Source: Campylobacteraceae bacterium
GTDB taxonomy: Bacteria > Campylobacterota > Campylobacteria > Campylobacterales > Sulfurovaceae
NCBI GenBank assembly: GCA_027034975.1
Contig: JALVWQ010000051.1
Location: 7,321 to 71,320 of the forward strand
Reading direction: 5' to 3'
DNA length: 64,000 nucleotides
The position numbers were made by a program, and so were the translations under genes. Each line of letters starts with the position of its first letter. Position 1 is the first letter of the stretch. A model generated the notes under the pieces. The model saw only the letters and a list, made by a program, of their open reading frames with translations, was not told where the DNA came from and searched no databases. Below, in pieces: positions 28,966-39,454 of this stretch.

Positions 28966-30381
28966 TTATCCCTCTACAACTGGAATTAAAAGTTTTGGAT
29001 GGTTATTTGTTCTAATTAAGAGACTATCGATATCTCTTTTGAAAAAGACTTTAAAACTTTGAAAATCGATATTTTCACTAAATGGAATAACCAGAAGAAT
29101 TTTTTTTACTTTCTTTATCGCTTTAATAGGGTTTTTTCGCTTTTGAATAATCTCGACTTTAGTATTATGCACATGTGAGAGTGTCTCAAAATGTTCTACT
29201 GCAAACGAACTCTCATTAAATTTACCTTGTGGATCGTAATCTCTTAAAGAGAGTTTTACTTTTAAGATTTCACTTATATAAAAAGCAACAGACGATATCT
29301 CTTCTATACTCTTTTTATGGTTATAAACTACCACAGCTTCGCGAATATCTTGCAGTTTAGTGTTACCAAAAAGATAGATAAGCTTTTTATAAGCATAGAG
29401 TCTTTTATTGCAACTACTCGATTTTAGAGTATCAAAAGAGAGCAGCATTAAACCTATTTCATGTTCTAAAATATCATTAGCTATTGTACCCTCCTCTACC
29501 TCTTCAAACGAGAAGTAAATAAATATTTGATCACTCTCATACTCTTTTATCTTATTCACAACCTCTAAATCATTTGGGTGTGCAACTCGAATAATTAACT
29601 CTTTATTATCAAACTTATTCAATAGATAGATAGCCTCTTCTATAAACTCAATAGCTCTTTTGCCATCATTATCAATATCGATATAGAGATAGAAGTTCTT
29701 TCCAAATGGCTCAGGAAATACTCCATTCTCACTCCGAATGCGTCTATAGACATTTTGTAAAATTTGTGGTTTTCCAATAATAAGCAACATATCTCGTGGT
29801 CGAATCATTGTAGCATTATTTGGGAGTAATAGCTTATTATCTCTATATATTGCAGCAATCTTCCACTTAATTTGAGGGATTGAGCTAATATGCCTGAATG
29901 CATAAGTACTTGAGAATGGAACTATAACCTCCATAATCTCCCCCTCATGCAAACCAACATTTTGGGCAACAACAGGCACATTTGGCAAGAAATCATAGAG
30001 TCGATTTGCCAAGAGGTTTATTGAGTCGATAATATTTGTATATCCATCAGATTTAATATCCCTAAATCTACTATTTTTATCAAGTATGACAATCCGCACC
30101 TTTTCATTAAAGCTTCGAATATTATCGTAGATAGCTTTTGTCTCATCCATATTCTCATAAATAATAAATGCAGATTGGAATTTATGGTGCAAACAGAAGC
30201 TTTTAAGGCGAAAAAGACTTGTTGGGTCAAATGATACAAACTCCAAATGGCGTCTCTTCTCTATACCTAGCTTCTCATTTGTCAATACTGTATAGTGGTG
30301 TCCTAAGCCATCTTTATCGGCTACTTTGTTAATAAAAGCTTCTGCAACTTTCCCCTGTGCAATAATTAAAATATTACTCAT
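28966..30381 (-). CDS. Conserved RCK/TrkA-C domain protein of unknown function
   Basis: Rossmann-like N-terminus (ILIIAQGKVA) and an RCK_C-like segment (GEIMEVIVPFSS...IRPRDMLLIIGKPQ). Sits between aroB and tgt. Confidence 0.55.
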   Translation of the reverse strand: MSNILIIAQGKVAEAFINKVADKDGLGHHYTVLTNEKLGIEKRRHLEFVSFDPTSLFRLKSFCLHHKFQSAFIIYENMDETKAIYDNIRSFNEKVRIVILDKNSRFRDIKSDGYTNIIDSINLLANRLYDFLPNVPVVAQNVGLHEGEIMEVIVPFSSTYAFRHISSIPQIKWKIAAIYRDNKLLLPNNATMIRPRDMLLIIGKPQILQNVYRRIRSENGVFPEPFGKNFYLYIDIDNDGKRAIEFIEEAIYLLNKFDNKELIIRVAHPNDLEVVNKIKEYESDQIFIYFSFEEVEEGTIANDILEHEIGLMLLSFDTLKSSSCNKRLYAYKKLIYLFGNTKLQDIREAVVVYNHKKSIEEISSVAFYISEILKVKLSLRDYDPQGKFNESSFAVEHFETLSHVHNTKVEIIQKRKNPIKAIKKVKKILLVIPFSENIDFQSFKVFFKRDIDSLLIRTNNHPKLLIPVVEG

Positions 30382-30466
30382 ACTACTCTTTTTAGTCTAT
30401 TTTGATACAATTTTATACCTAAATTCAATAAACCAATTATAACATCGAACTAAGGTAGAAAAATAA

Positions 30467-31603
<1,137 letters not shown>

Positions 31604-31625
31604 GATAGAGTTTAAAGCTATTTTA

Positions 31626-31898
31626 ATTACCGCACCTATACATAGTCTTAACTTTTGAGAGAACGAGACGAGGTGAGATGTGCATAAAAAAATCTGTAGT
31701 ACTAGCGACGTAGCTAATGCAAAGATTTTTTTATGTGCAGATTGTCTCGTCTCGTTCTCCCCAAAGGGTGCTATACTTTCGCCCAAATACTGCGTTAGAT
31801 TTTCTTGAATTAGCCTCCGGCTAGTCCTGCGAAAATCTGCCTTGTCTTTGAACGAAATTATAGCATCAAAAATTAAGATTATTTATTGGTGCGGTAAT
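31626..31898 (+). other. Highly structured convergent intergenic region: two ~100-nt imperfect hairpins bracketed by an 11-bp long-range inverted repeat; candidate structured RNA or 3' UTR element
   Basis: ATTACCGCACC (31626-31636) pairs with GGTGCGGTAAT (31888-31898). Hairpin 1 is 31659-31695 with 31723-31759; hairpin 2 is about 31769-31865. G-U wobble pairs favour the + strand. Confidence 0.4.
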
Positions 31899-33997
31899 AA
31901 ACCCAGCTCCACTCTTTTATTCTGTTGCGACATCACTACAACCTCTACTGAATCACCCTCATTAAGTGTACCTTGTAGGTGCGAAGGTATTTTAGAGTTG
32001 TGTAAGAGTGCATCGTAGCCATCTGGCATCTCGATAAAGTAACCAAAATCGACAGACTTTTTGATAACCCCTCTATATGTTTTACCAATTTCATACTGAG
32101 TAACTGGCTTATTCTCTTTCTCTATCAGCTCTTCGATAAATGCTTTTGCACCTTCAAGAGAGCCCTCTTCGTTTGCACTGATTTTTACAATACCATTATC
32201 TCTATCTAAATCTATCGAAACATTAAAACGATCAATAATATCACGAATAGTAGAACCACCCTTCCCTATTACTAACGATATATTAGAAGGATCGATCTCA
32301 AAAGTCAACTGACTAGGTAGTGCTCCACTTGGAACAATTGTCCTCTTTGCTTGCTCCATTAACTCTAAAATATGAGAGAGCCCCTTTTGAGCCTGCTCGA
32401 GTGCCTCTTGTAGAATCTTTAAGTTAAGTCCATCAAGTTTAATGTCTAACTGCATTGCAGTTATACCATCTTTAGTACCAGCAATTTTAAAATCCATATC
32501 ACCATAGTGATCTTCTGCACCCATAATATCACTTAAAATGGTATACTTATCGCTACTCTCTACTACAACACCCATAGCGATACCAGCAGTCAATTTTTTA
32601 ACATCAACATTTGCACAAACTAACGCCAAAGAACCTCCACAAACTGTTGCCATCGAAGATGATCCATTACTCTCAAGTATCTCAGATACAACTCTCACTG
32701 TTTGGTTTGGCTCTAAACAAACCGTTGGTTCAAGTGCTCTTTTTGCCAAGTTACCATGCCCTAGCTCTCGTCTACCTGGTGCACCTATTGGCTTAGCCTC
32801 TCCAACACTATATGGTGGAAAGTTATAGTGAACCATAAAGTTTTCATTCATTGTCTTTTTACTCGTTAAGAGCTCATACATTTGAGCATCTTTGTTATCG
32901 CCAAGCGTTGCAGTTACTAATGCCTGCGTCTCACCCCGTGTAAAGAGTGTTGAACCATGAACAGATGGTAAAAGATTCGTTTCAATCTCAATTGGACGAA
33001 CCTCATCAACTCTCCGTCCATCTATTCTTGCTCCATTTAAAATAAGTGATCGCACCTTCTCTTTAACAACTCGATAGAATGCATCTTTAAGAGCTGCTTC
33101 ATCAAAATCAGCATTCTCACTCTCAAGATTTGCAGTAATATCTTTTAGAATACCTTTAAGAGCATCTGTACTTTCAGATTTAGACATATTCTCAATTGCA
33201 TGATCAATTTGTGTAGTAAACTTATCGAGAATAAAAGTTTTGAGTGATGCATCAATAACTTTTTGCTGCATCTCAAATTTGAGATCAGACTTTAATGCAG
33301 TAAACTCTTTAAAGTAGTTTTCAGATGCACTCTCAATTTTTGATAGAGACTCATTAAGGATAGCTATAAGTTCACTATCACTTAGCTCATTAGCTGAGTG
33401 AACTCCCTCTTTATAGGATGCGATGGTTCGCATCTCTATCATCGTTATATCTCTTTGGCTGCCAACAAGCAATAGATCAAGCTCACTCTTTTCAAACTCA
33501 CTATTTTTAGGGTTATAGAGTATTGCATCACCCACTTTTGCAACTCTTAGAGCTGCAATAGATTTCTCTATTGGCAGTGGAGAAACTAGGAGTGCTGCAT
33601 TTGCAGCATGAAGAGCAGCAATCTGTAGATCTACTTCTGGATCACTACTAACCACAGTAACCGTAATAACTACATTGTTCGAAAAATCATCAGGAAAGAG
33701 AGGGCGAATAGCACGGTCTATAATTCGTGAAGTCAAAGTTTCAAAATCGCCTGGTTTTGACTCTCTCTTAATAAACCCTCCAGGAATCTTCGCTGCTGCG
33801 TACGATTTCTCTATATACTGCACAGTTAATGGCAGAAAATCTTCGCTACTACAATCGTTATCATAAACAACAGTAGCAATAAGTACTGATTTCCCTTGTC
33901 TATAGAGAACTGATCCATCAGCCTGCTTTGCAACTTTATTGAACTCAAAAATCTCATTCAGATTATTTGTTTCAATTTCAACTATACTACTCTTCAT
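31883..33997 (-). CDS. pnp: Polyribonucleotide nucleotidyltransferase (PNPase)
   Basis: Two RNase PH domains, KH (GKGGSTIRDI) and S1 C-terminus; 704 aa. Confidence 0.95.
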   Translation of the reverse strand: MKSSIVEIETNNLNEIFEFNKVAKQADGSVLYRQGKSVLIATVVYDNDCSSEDFLPLTVQYIEKSYAAAKIPGGFIKRESKPGDFETLTSRIIDRAIRPLFPDDFSNNVVITVTVVSSDPEVDLQIAALHAANAALLVSPLPIEKSIAALRVAKVGDAILYNPKNSEFEKSELDLLLVGSQRDITMIEMRTIASYKEGVHSANELSDSELIAILNESLSKIESASENYFKEFTALKSDLKFEMQQKVIDASLKTFILDKFTTQIDHAIENMSKSESTDALKGILKDITANLESENADFDEAALKDAFYRVVKEKVRSLILNGARIDGRRVDEVRPIEIETNLLPSVHGSTLFTRGETQALVTATLGDNKDAQMYELLTSKKTMNENFMVHYNFPPYSVGEAKPIGAPGRRELGHGNLAKRALEPTVCLEPNQTVRVVSEILESNGSSSMATVCGGSLALVCANVDVKKLTAGIAMGVVVESSDKYTILSDIMGAEDHYGDMDFKIAGTKDGITAMQLDIKLDGLNLKILQEALEQAQKGLSHILELMEQAKRTIVPSGALPSQLTFEIDPSNISLVIGKGGSTIRDIIDRFNVSIDLDRDNGIVKISANEEGSLEGAKAFIEELIEKENKPVTQYEIGKTYRGVIKKSVDFGYFIEMPDGYDALLHNSKIPSHLQGTLNEGDSVEVVVMSQQNKRVELGLLPHQ

Positions 33998-34011
33998 TCA
34001 ATTCCTTAATT

Positions 34012-34266
34012 TTATACTTTAAATTTATCATTATGTGCCATGCTCGGCATCTGTTTTGTTATTTCGTTGCTATCAAATGAGTATCTAAAATTCTCTATAT
34101 ACTCCATAATCAACTTATAGGCTTCATTAATCTCTACCATTCTTTCAGACTCTTTTGAGCGGTCAGGATGGTATTTCGAGGCTAACTCTTTATACCTCTT
34201 CTTTATCTCACCCTTTGTTACATAGGGTGGAATATCTAAAATTTTTAGAGCCTCTTCTATATGCAT
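34012..34266 (-). CDS. Small J-domain protein
   Basis: IKKRYKELASKYHPDR carries the HPD J-domain signature; 84 aa. Confidence 0.75.
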   Translation of the reverse strand: MHIEEALKILDIPPYVTKGEIKKRYKELASKYHPDRSKESERMVEINEAYKLIMEYIENFRYSFDSNEITKQMPSMAHNDKFKV

Positions 34267-34275
34267 CTACTTCAA

Positions 34276-36348
34276 TTATTTACCATATGAGATACCAAAT
34301 GGTAGAATTGTAAAGTTAAAAGAGAAGTAGTTGTTCTTAATCGAACTTTGACCACTCGATTTTAATACAGGACGAATATCTTGCCCAAAACTAAATCGAA
34401 CAGCCCAACACTTTCTATTAAAATCTGTCGTAACATTCCAATTACTCACTTTTTTATAGCTGAAATCATAGTCAGCACTAGCAGAAAATTTAAGTCTATT
34501 GCTATATTTATAATAAGAACTAAAAGTCAACTGCTTAGATAATGTTGCAAAGCTTTGGTAATCTCTATTCCATAAATAGCCTAAAGAGAGCCCATATTTA
34601 CCATTACTATAGCCAATTGTATTATGTATCTCTCTTAATTTTTTCGCATCAACTGAGTAGTCTAAGAAAGAGTAAAAAGACCAATTTTCATATTTTAAAT
34701 AGAATGTATTTTCAATATTTTCAAACTTCTTATTATCTAAGTTATAACTACTCTCCAATATATGATCGATACTTAATTTACTACCAAAAGAGCTCCAAAT
34801 CTGATGGGCTCTAAGTGCAATTTCATGTCTATAGGCAAGATCATCAACAAAGTCCTCTTTTAAATCAGCTGGAATTTCATCATACTTCATCCAACTTTCA
34901 CTCAACTTATTACTTTTTGTATAAACAGCACTCAACATTAAAGTGTGAATACCACTATCATAAACTTTCGTTAAATCGGATGAAAGTGAGACTTTATGAT
35001 TCAGGCTAACTCTTTCATACTTTTTATTTTTAAGTGGCACATTGATAAATCTATATGCACTCATTTGCAGCTCTTCTGAAATATCTAAATTTAAATAGTT
35101 ATTCAACAGAGAGAAGTGAGCAAAAAGTGGAGCCTTAATAACTGATTTTCCAGCCTTTGTCCCTTTATTTCTAGTTAAATTAGCGTTTGTTGCATCCAAA
35201 GAGTAAGAGATACTATTCCCTACTAAACTTGTAAATGGCATATGAAACTGTATCTGTGGTAAAATCTGAATAGTATCATCATTATGCTCTTTTACGGTCG
35301 ATTTATAAAAGTCTGATGTTATACCAACATAAAAAGAGTCACTCTTTTTAATATAGTAGTTTAACCTTGAGTCATAGTACGAACCAACTCTATAATGACT
35401 AAGAGGATTTGCACTTAAATTAAAATAGTCACCATCATTAAAATAGGTTCCATTAATATAGAGTTTATTTTCATAACCATTGTTTGCAAGGCTATCTAAA
35501 AGAGAGCCATTCAGGTAATTAAACTCAATACCATAGTGTTTACTATGCAATAAGTTTTCTTTCTCTACATAACTCTTTTTATCTTTATAATATCCAGCAC
35601 GGATTGCTCCAAAAGCATCTTTTGCATGATAGAATCTATATTCAGCACTAACACCATATCCTCTTTTTGCCATTATTTGTGCATCTATTGTTAAGTCTTG
35701 ACTACGACTTATATTCCAAAAGTATGGCTGTCTATATGAAAAACCATCTTTTCCTCTTATGCTAATTTCTGGATAGAGAAAACCGCTTCTTCTCTCATTT
35801 GATAGAGGTATATAGAGATAAGGGAAATAAAAGACAGGTACCTTTTTCACATAGACTTTAGCATCATAAAACTTAACTACTTCCGATTCAGTATCATAGA
35901 TCGCTTTATTAAACCCTAACATCCAGTCAGGATCATTGACATCACAGCTAGAGAAAAGAGCATTTTCAACTTTTATCTTATTCTCTTTTTTCTCTCCATC
36001 TGTACTACTAATCCATATATGGTCTCTCCCCATTGTAAAGAAGTCCTTAAAGACTACATGATTGTCATCTAAGTTTACTGTTAACTCTTTAGCGCGAATG
36101 CGTTTTCCACTCTTTTCAATTAGTGTTACATCTCCTTGCAAGAGTATCGAGTTTTTAGCTTTATTATACTTCGCACTCTGGGCACGAAATAGTGAGCCAT
36201 CATGCTCTACAACAACACCATCATTAGCAATCAAATTGCCTTGCTCTTGATGTACCTCTTTTGCATATACTGCAACTTCGCTTGTCTCAGCATGCACTAG
36301 TGTAAGTGCCAAAACCGTACTTAGTATTATTCTATCTATTTTCAACAT
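34276..36348 (-). CDS. lptD: LPS-assembly outer membrane protein LptD (OstA)
   Basis: Signal peptide, OstA N-terminal domain, aromatic/Tyr-rich beta-barrel ending in ...FGISYGK; 690 aa. Confidence 0.85.
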   Translation of the reverse strand: MLKIDRIILSTVLALTLVHAETSEVAVYAKEVHQEQGNLIANDGVVVEHDGSLFRAQSAKYNKAKNSILLQGDVTLIEKSGKRIRAKELTVNLDDNHVVFKDFFTMGRDHIWISSTDGEKKENKIKVENALFSSCDVNDPDWMLGFNKAIYDTESEVVKFYDAKVYVKKVPVFYFPYLYIPLSNERRSGFLYPEISIRGKDGFSYRQPYFWNISRSQDLTIDAQIMAKRGYGVSAEYRFYHAKDAFGAIRAGYYKDKKSYVEKENLLHSKHYGIEFNYLNGSLLDSLANNGYENKLYINGTYFNDGDYFNLSANPLSHYRVGSYYDSRLNYYIKKSDSFYVGITSDFYKSTVKEHNDDTIQILPQIQFHMPFTSLVGNSISYSLDATNANLTRNKGTKAGKSVIKAPLFAHFSLLNNYLNLDISEELQMSAYRFINVPLKNKKYERVSLNHKVSLSSDLTKVYDSGIHTLMLSAVYTKSNKLSESWMKYDEIPADLKEDFVDDLAYRHEIALRAHQIWSSFGSKLSIDHILESSYNLDNKKFENIENTFYLKYENWSFYSFLDYSVDAKKLREIHNTIGYSNGKYGLSLGYLWNRDYQSFATLSKQLTFSSYYKYSNRLKFSASADYDFSYKKVSNWNVTTDFNRKCWAVRFSFGQDIRPVLKSSGQSSIKNNYFSFNFTILPFGISYGK

Positions 36349-36754
36349 TGATCACCACACAATTAGTTAATTTATCATGTAATGTTTGTCTCTTTGGGCT
36401 AAAGAGAGCAAACAAAAATGTTATATATAAAAGAGATTCACCAATAACTCTTATAATGGCTCTTAAAGCAGCCATTGACCAACTAAGCTTCTCTCCACTC
36501 GTCTCATCTACTGCAACAATTTTTGCAACATACTTTCCTACAGTTGCCCCACTGTAAGCTATAAAAAAAGTATGATAGATAACTTTTAACAAAATCAAAA
36601 CCCAGCTATTTGTTGTCACAAAAAGAACCATTGCTTCTTGTGATGCAATTGCTGTAATTTGATCAAAAAAAATTGCAATAAATAAAAAAGAGACCAATAG
36701 ATCGTCAATTATAAATGATAATGATCTACGACCTATAGAAGCGTATTCTAACAT
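36332..36754 (-). CDS. RDD family membrane protein
   Basis: IGRRSLSFIIDDLL N-terminus, three TM helices, C-terminal RQTLHDKL motif. Confidence 0.75.
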   Translation of the reverse strand: MLEYASIGRRSLSFIIDDLLVSFLFIAIFFDQITAIASQEAMVLFVTTNSWVLILLKVIYHTFFIAYSGATVGKYVAKIVAVDETSGEKLSWSMAALRAIIRVIGESLLYITFLFALFSPKRQTLHDKLTNCVVINVENR

Positions 36755-36777
36755 CTTTACCCTTTAAGTTAAAAAAC

Positions 36778-38055
36778 TTACTGCTTTAATGCCTGATAAG
36801 CAATATCTGTTCGACACTTCTTCCCATAAAAGTGAACCTGTCCTACTAACATATAGGCTCTATCTCTAGCTTCCCTAATTGAGCTACCTAAACCAACACA
36901 TACAAGTACACGACCACCAGTAGCAAGCAGCTTTCCATCCTCATCTCGACTTACACCAGCATAAGCAATATAGGAGTTCTCTTTTAAATCTTCGTGCACA
37001 ATCTCATCGACAATAATCTCTGCAGGTTCACTGCTGCTATATGGATAGTTCTTACTTGCCAATACAACACCAACAGCATATGTATCTTCTTTAAACTTCA
37101 CCTCTACATCTTTTAAGTTACCAGTTGCTGCTTTTAAAAGCATATCGCTTACAGGAGATTCAAAAAGAACCATCAACTCTTCGCACTCAGGATCTCCAAA
37201 GCGAACATTATACTCTAATACATATGGTTCATTATTTACAATCATCAAACCAATAAATAGTACCCCACTAAAAGGCATTCCATCCTCTTCTAATCCCTTT
37301 AGTGTTGGCTTAATTACTCTATCTTCTACCTTCTTGTAAAGCTCATCATCAATTAATGGTGTTGGTACATAAGCACCCATTCCACCAGTATTAGGACCTT
37401 CATCATTATCGAGCAGCCTCTTATGGTCTTGTGCAGCTGGGAGCACCACATAATCTTTTCCATCACACACAGCAAAGATAGAGAGCTCATACCCATCTAA
37501 ATACTCTTCAACAACAATTTTAGTACCGGCATCACCAAAGCTCTCTCCACTAAGCATTCCCTTAGCAGCCTCTATAGCCTCTTGCTTTGTTTGAGCAATA
37601 ATTACACCCTTTCCAGCACAAAGCCCATCAGCTTTTACAACAATTGGTTCACCCATTTGGTTAATAAAATTAGTAGCTTCCTCTAGGCTATCTGTCTCTA
37701 TATACTTCGCTGTTGGAATACCATATTTCTGCAGGCAGTTCTTCATAAATACTTTAGAACCCTCCAACTGAGCCGCCGCTTTACTTGGGCCAAAAATAGT
37801 AAGCCCTTGCTCTTGGAAAATATCGACAATACCATTTACAAGTGGATCTTCTGGGCCAACAACTGTTAAATCAATATTTTTCTCTTTTGCAAAATTAGCC
37901 AACTCATTAAAATCTTTTATAGCAATATTCTCACCTAGCTGATCTGTTGCCCCATTTCCAGGTGCAAAATATATCTTATTAACACTCTCATCTTGCTTGA
38001 GAGCATACCCAATAGAGTACTCTCTTCCCCCACTTCCAACTATTAATACATCCAT
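36778..38055 (-). CDS. purD: Phosphoribosylamine--glycine ligase
   Basis: [14 protein letters not shown]..., ATP-grasp motifs. I prefer ATG 38055 (GGAG upstream) over the track TTG 38070. Confidence 0.95.
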   Translation of the reverse strand: MDVLIVGSGGREYSIGYALKQDESVNKIYFAPGNGATDQLGENIAIKDFNELANFAKEKNIDLTVVGPEDPLVNGIVDIFQEQGLTIFGPSKAAAQLEGSKVFMKNCLQKYGIPTAKYIETDSLEEATNFINQMGEPIVVKADGLCAGKGVIIAQTKQEAIEAAKGMLSGESFGDAGTKIVVEEYLDGYELSIFAVCDGKDYVVLPAAQDHKRLLDNDEGPNTGGMGAYVPTPLIDDELYKKVEDRVIKPTLKGLEEDGMPFSGVLFIGLMIVNNEPYVLEYNVRFGDPECEELMVLFESPVSDMLLKAATGNLKDVEVKFKEDTYAVGVVLASKNYPYSSSEPAEIIVDEIVHEDLKENSYIAYAGVSRDEDGKLLATGGRVLVCVGLGSSIREARDRAYMLVGQVHFYGKKCRTDIAYQALKQ

Positions 38056-38201
38056 CTTTACTCCAAACAATTAAATTATAAAATTATAGCAATTCAACGC
38101 TTCTAATTAGGCAAAAGAGTACTTAGTTCTGAAGTATAATTCTAAAATGATACGAAAGAGAATAGAAGTGCAAGAAAGAAGAGAAAATTTGGGTTAAACT
38201 C

Positions 38202-38357
38202 AAATTTTGCAATAGAATTAGCAAAGATTTGGCAAATGCTTTAGTTATGGGTGTTTGCAAAAATCTTGAGGTTAACCCATAGGTTAATTGATGGATTTTT
38301 GTAAATACCCATAGCAAAATGATTTGCTAAAGGTTGTTAATCTCTAATGCAAATTTT
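38202..38357. repeat. Inverted pair of a ~64-nt repeat unit (arms 38202-38265 and 38294-38357) forming a long imperfect hairpin
   Basis: The core TATGGGTGTTTGCAAAAATC pairs with GATTTTTGTAAATACCCATA (two G-U pairs). The arms continue to align outward with a few mismatches or indels. A third copy lies at 45758-45812. Confidence 0.6.
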
Positions 38358-38360
38358 GGG

Positions 38361-39284
38361 TTAAAACTTTCTAAACTTCCCAGGTGCATCTACAATTGCT
38401 TCTTGACAGTTAGAGCGGATCGGTTTTGCCCCTTTTATTAAATCTTTTAGCTTGTCACCTTTGCCTTTTATCGATACCCAAATTTCGTTTAGAATACCTC
38501 TTTTACACTTCATGACAATTTTATTTTTTATATCTTTAGATATTAGACGCTGGGCTATCTTTTTTATATTGATTGTTTTTACTCTTTTACCAATATTTAC
38601 ACGCAGATATTCACCTATAGTTTCGTCAACTCTTTTTGTTAATTTAAGGGCATCTAAAAAGTATCTATTTGCATCTTTAGAGTAGCAGCTTCCGTGCTTA
38701 TAGTATTCGTGTCTTTGCAGATTACTTTTAAAGCCTGGCATATACTTTTGCATTAGCTCAATTACTTCTGGCTTTAAGTTTAGTTTAGGTAGTGCATTCC
38801 ATCGTTTTGACTTATCTAGATTAATAATCTCTCGATCTAGTTCACAATAGACATTGTTTCTAGGTTGTGGCCAAAGACCATGTAGTACTAGATGGTTCTT
38901 AGCTTCGCCTCCATCTCGCTTGCACTCTCTTTTATTGCTATGTGTTTCGCAAAAAGAGTTGTGCCAACTTAAAACCAATACAGAGTCTAAATTGCCACTC
39001 TCTTTACTACTACTGTTTTGAGTTGCACTATTTGCACTACTGCTAGAACCATTAAAACAACCAACACTTACCCAACGCATGGTAGGTTTTGCATTTGGCA
39101 CCTTTATATAGTAGTTCCCTTTTTGTTCTCTTGCAACTTCGTAACTACTATTTGGCTCTAAAACAATATGCCCATAGTTTTTGTTATGTTTTAAATCGTT
39201 AAAGGCTTCACACGCTTTGGTTGCAGTAACACTTTTTGAAAACAAAGCGACAGTTGTAAGTGTAATTAGTGCTAGTTTTTTCAT
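38361..39284 (-). CDS. Secreted ribonuclease T2 family protein with an extra ~100-aa N-terminal domain
   Basis: Signal peptide. RNase T2 CAS I-like LHGLWPQ and CAS II-like EYYKHGSCYS. Ser-rich linker (SSSSANSATQNSSS) after the N-terminal domain. Confidence 0.8.
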   Translation of the reverse strand: MKKLALITLTTVALFSKSVTATKACEAFNDLKHNKNYGHIVLEPNSSYEVAREQKGNYYIKVPNAKPTMRWVSVGCFNGSSSSANSATQNSSSKESGNLDSVLVLSWHNSFCETHSNKRECKRDGGEAKNHLVLHGLWPQPRNNVYCELDREIINLDKSKRWNALPKLNLKPEVIELMQKYMPGFKSNLQRHEYYKHGSCYSKDANRYFLDALKLTKRVDETIGEYLRVNIGKRVKTINIKKIAQRLISKDIKNKIVMKCKRGILNEIWVSIKGKGDKLKDLIKGAKPIRSNCQEAIVDAPGKFRKF

Positions 39285-39298
39285 AAAATCCCCCTATT

Positions 39299-39427
39299 GA
39301 AGCTAAGAGCCTAAAGCTTAGAGCTAATTGTGCAACTTCGTTGCTTATTATATTTGCGGCTTTGCCGCATAAAAAAGCGAAGCCAACTTTGTTAGCTCCA
39401 TGCTCTTAGCTCTCCGCTCTAAGCTAA
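39299..39427. repeat. Structured intergenic region built on four copies of the 10-mer AGCTWAGAGC (two per orientation) with inner hairpins
   Basis: AGCTAAGAGC 39301-10 and AGCTTAGAGC 39315-24; GCTCTTAGCT 39402-11 and GCTCTAAGCT 39416-25. Inner GCGGC-TTT-GCCGC at 39356-39368. Confidence 0.45.
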
Positions 39428-39454
39428 ATTTTTAGATTTCTAATCTAAAAATTT
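39426..39454 (-). terminator. Perfect 13-bp AT-rich hairpin immediately 3' of the purL stop (possible terminator)
   Basis: AAATTTTTAGATT-TCT-AATCTAAAAATTT abuts the TAG stop at 39455-57. The stem is almost all A/T and no separate U-tract follows, so the call is weak. Confidence 0.3.

Noticed and set aside
31626-31898. Retron-like ncRNA (flanking a1/a2-type inverted repeats plus long hairpins), or bridge/omega-type guide RNA
   Set aside because: No reverse transcriptase, IS110/IscB/TnpB-type or other effector gene is adjacent. The neighbours are tgt and pnp. I kept it as an unexplained structured element instead.
38123-38317. 64-aa ORF on the minus strand in the purD upstream spacer
   Set aside because: It spans the long inverted repeat, has a TTG start without an RBS, and shows low-complexity composition. 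The inverted repeat explains the region better.
38071-38360. Purine or ZTP riboswitch in the purD leader
   Set aside because: Neither the purine-riboswitch core nor the GC-rich ZTP (pfl) motif is recognisable on the minus strand. The pairing pattern instead favours the plus strand.
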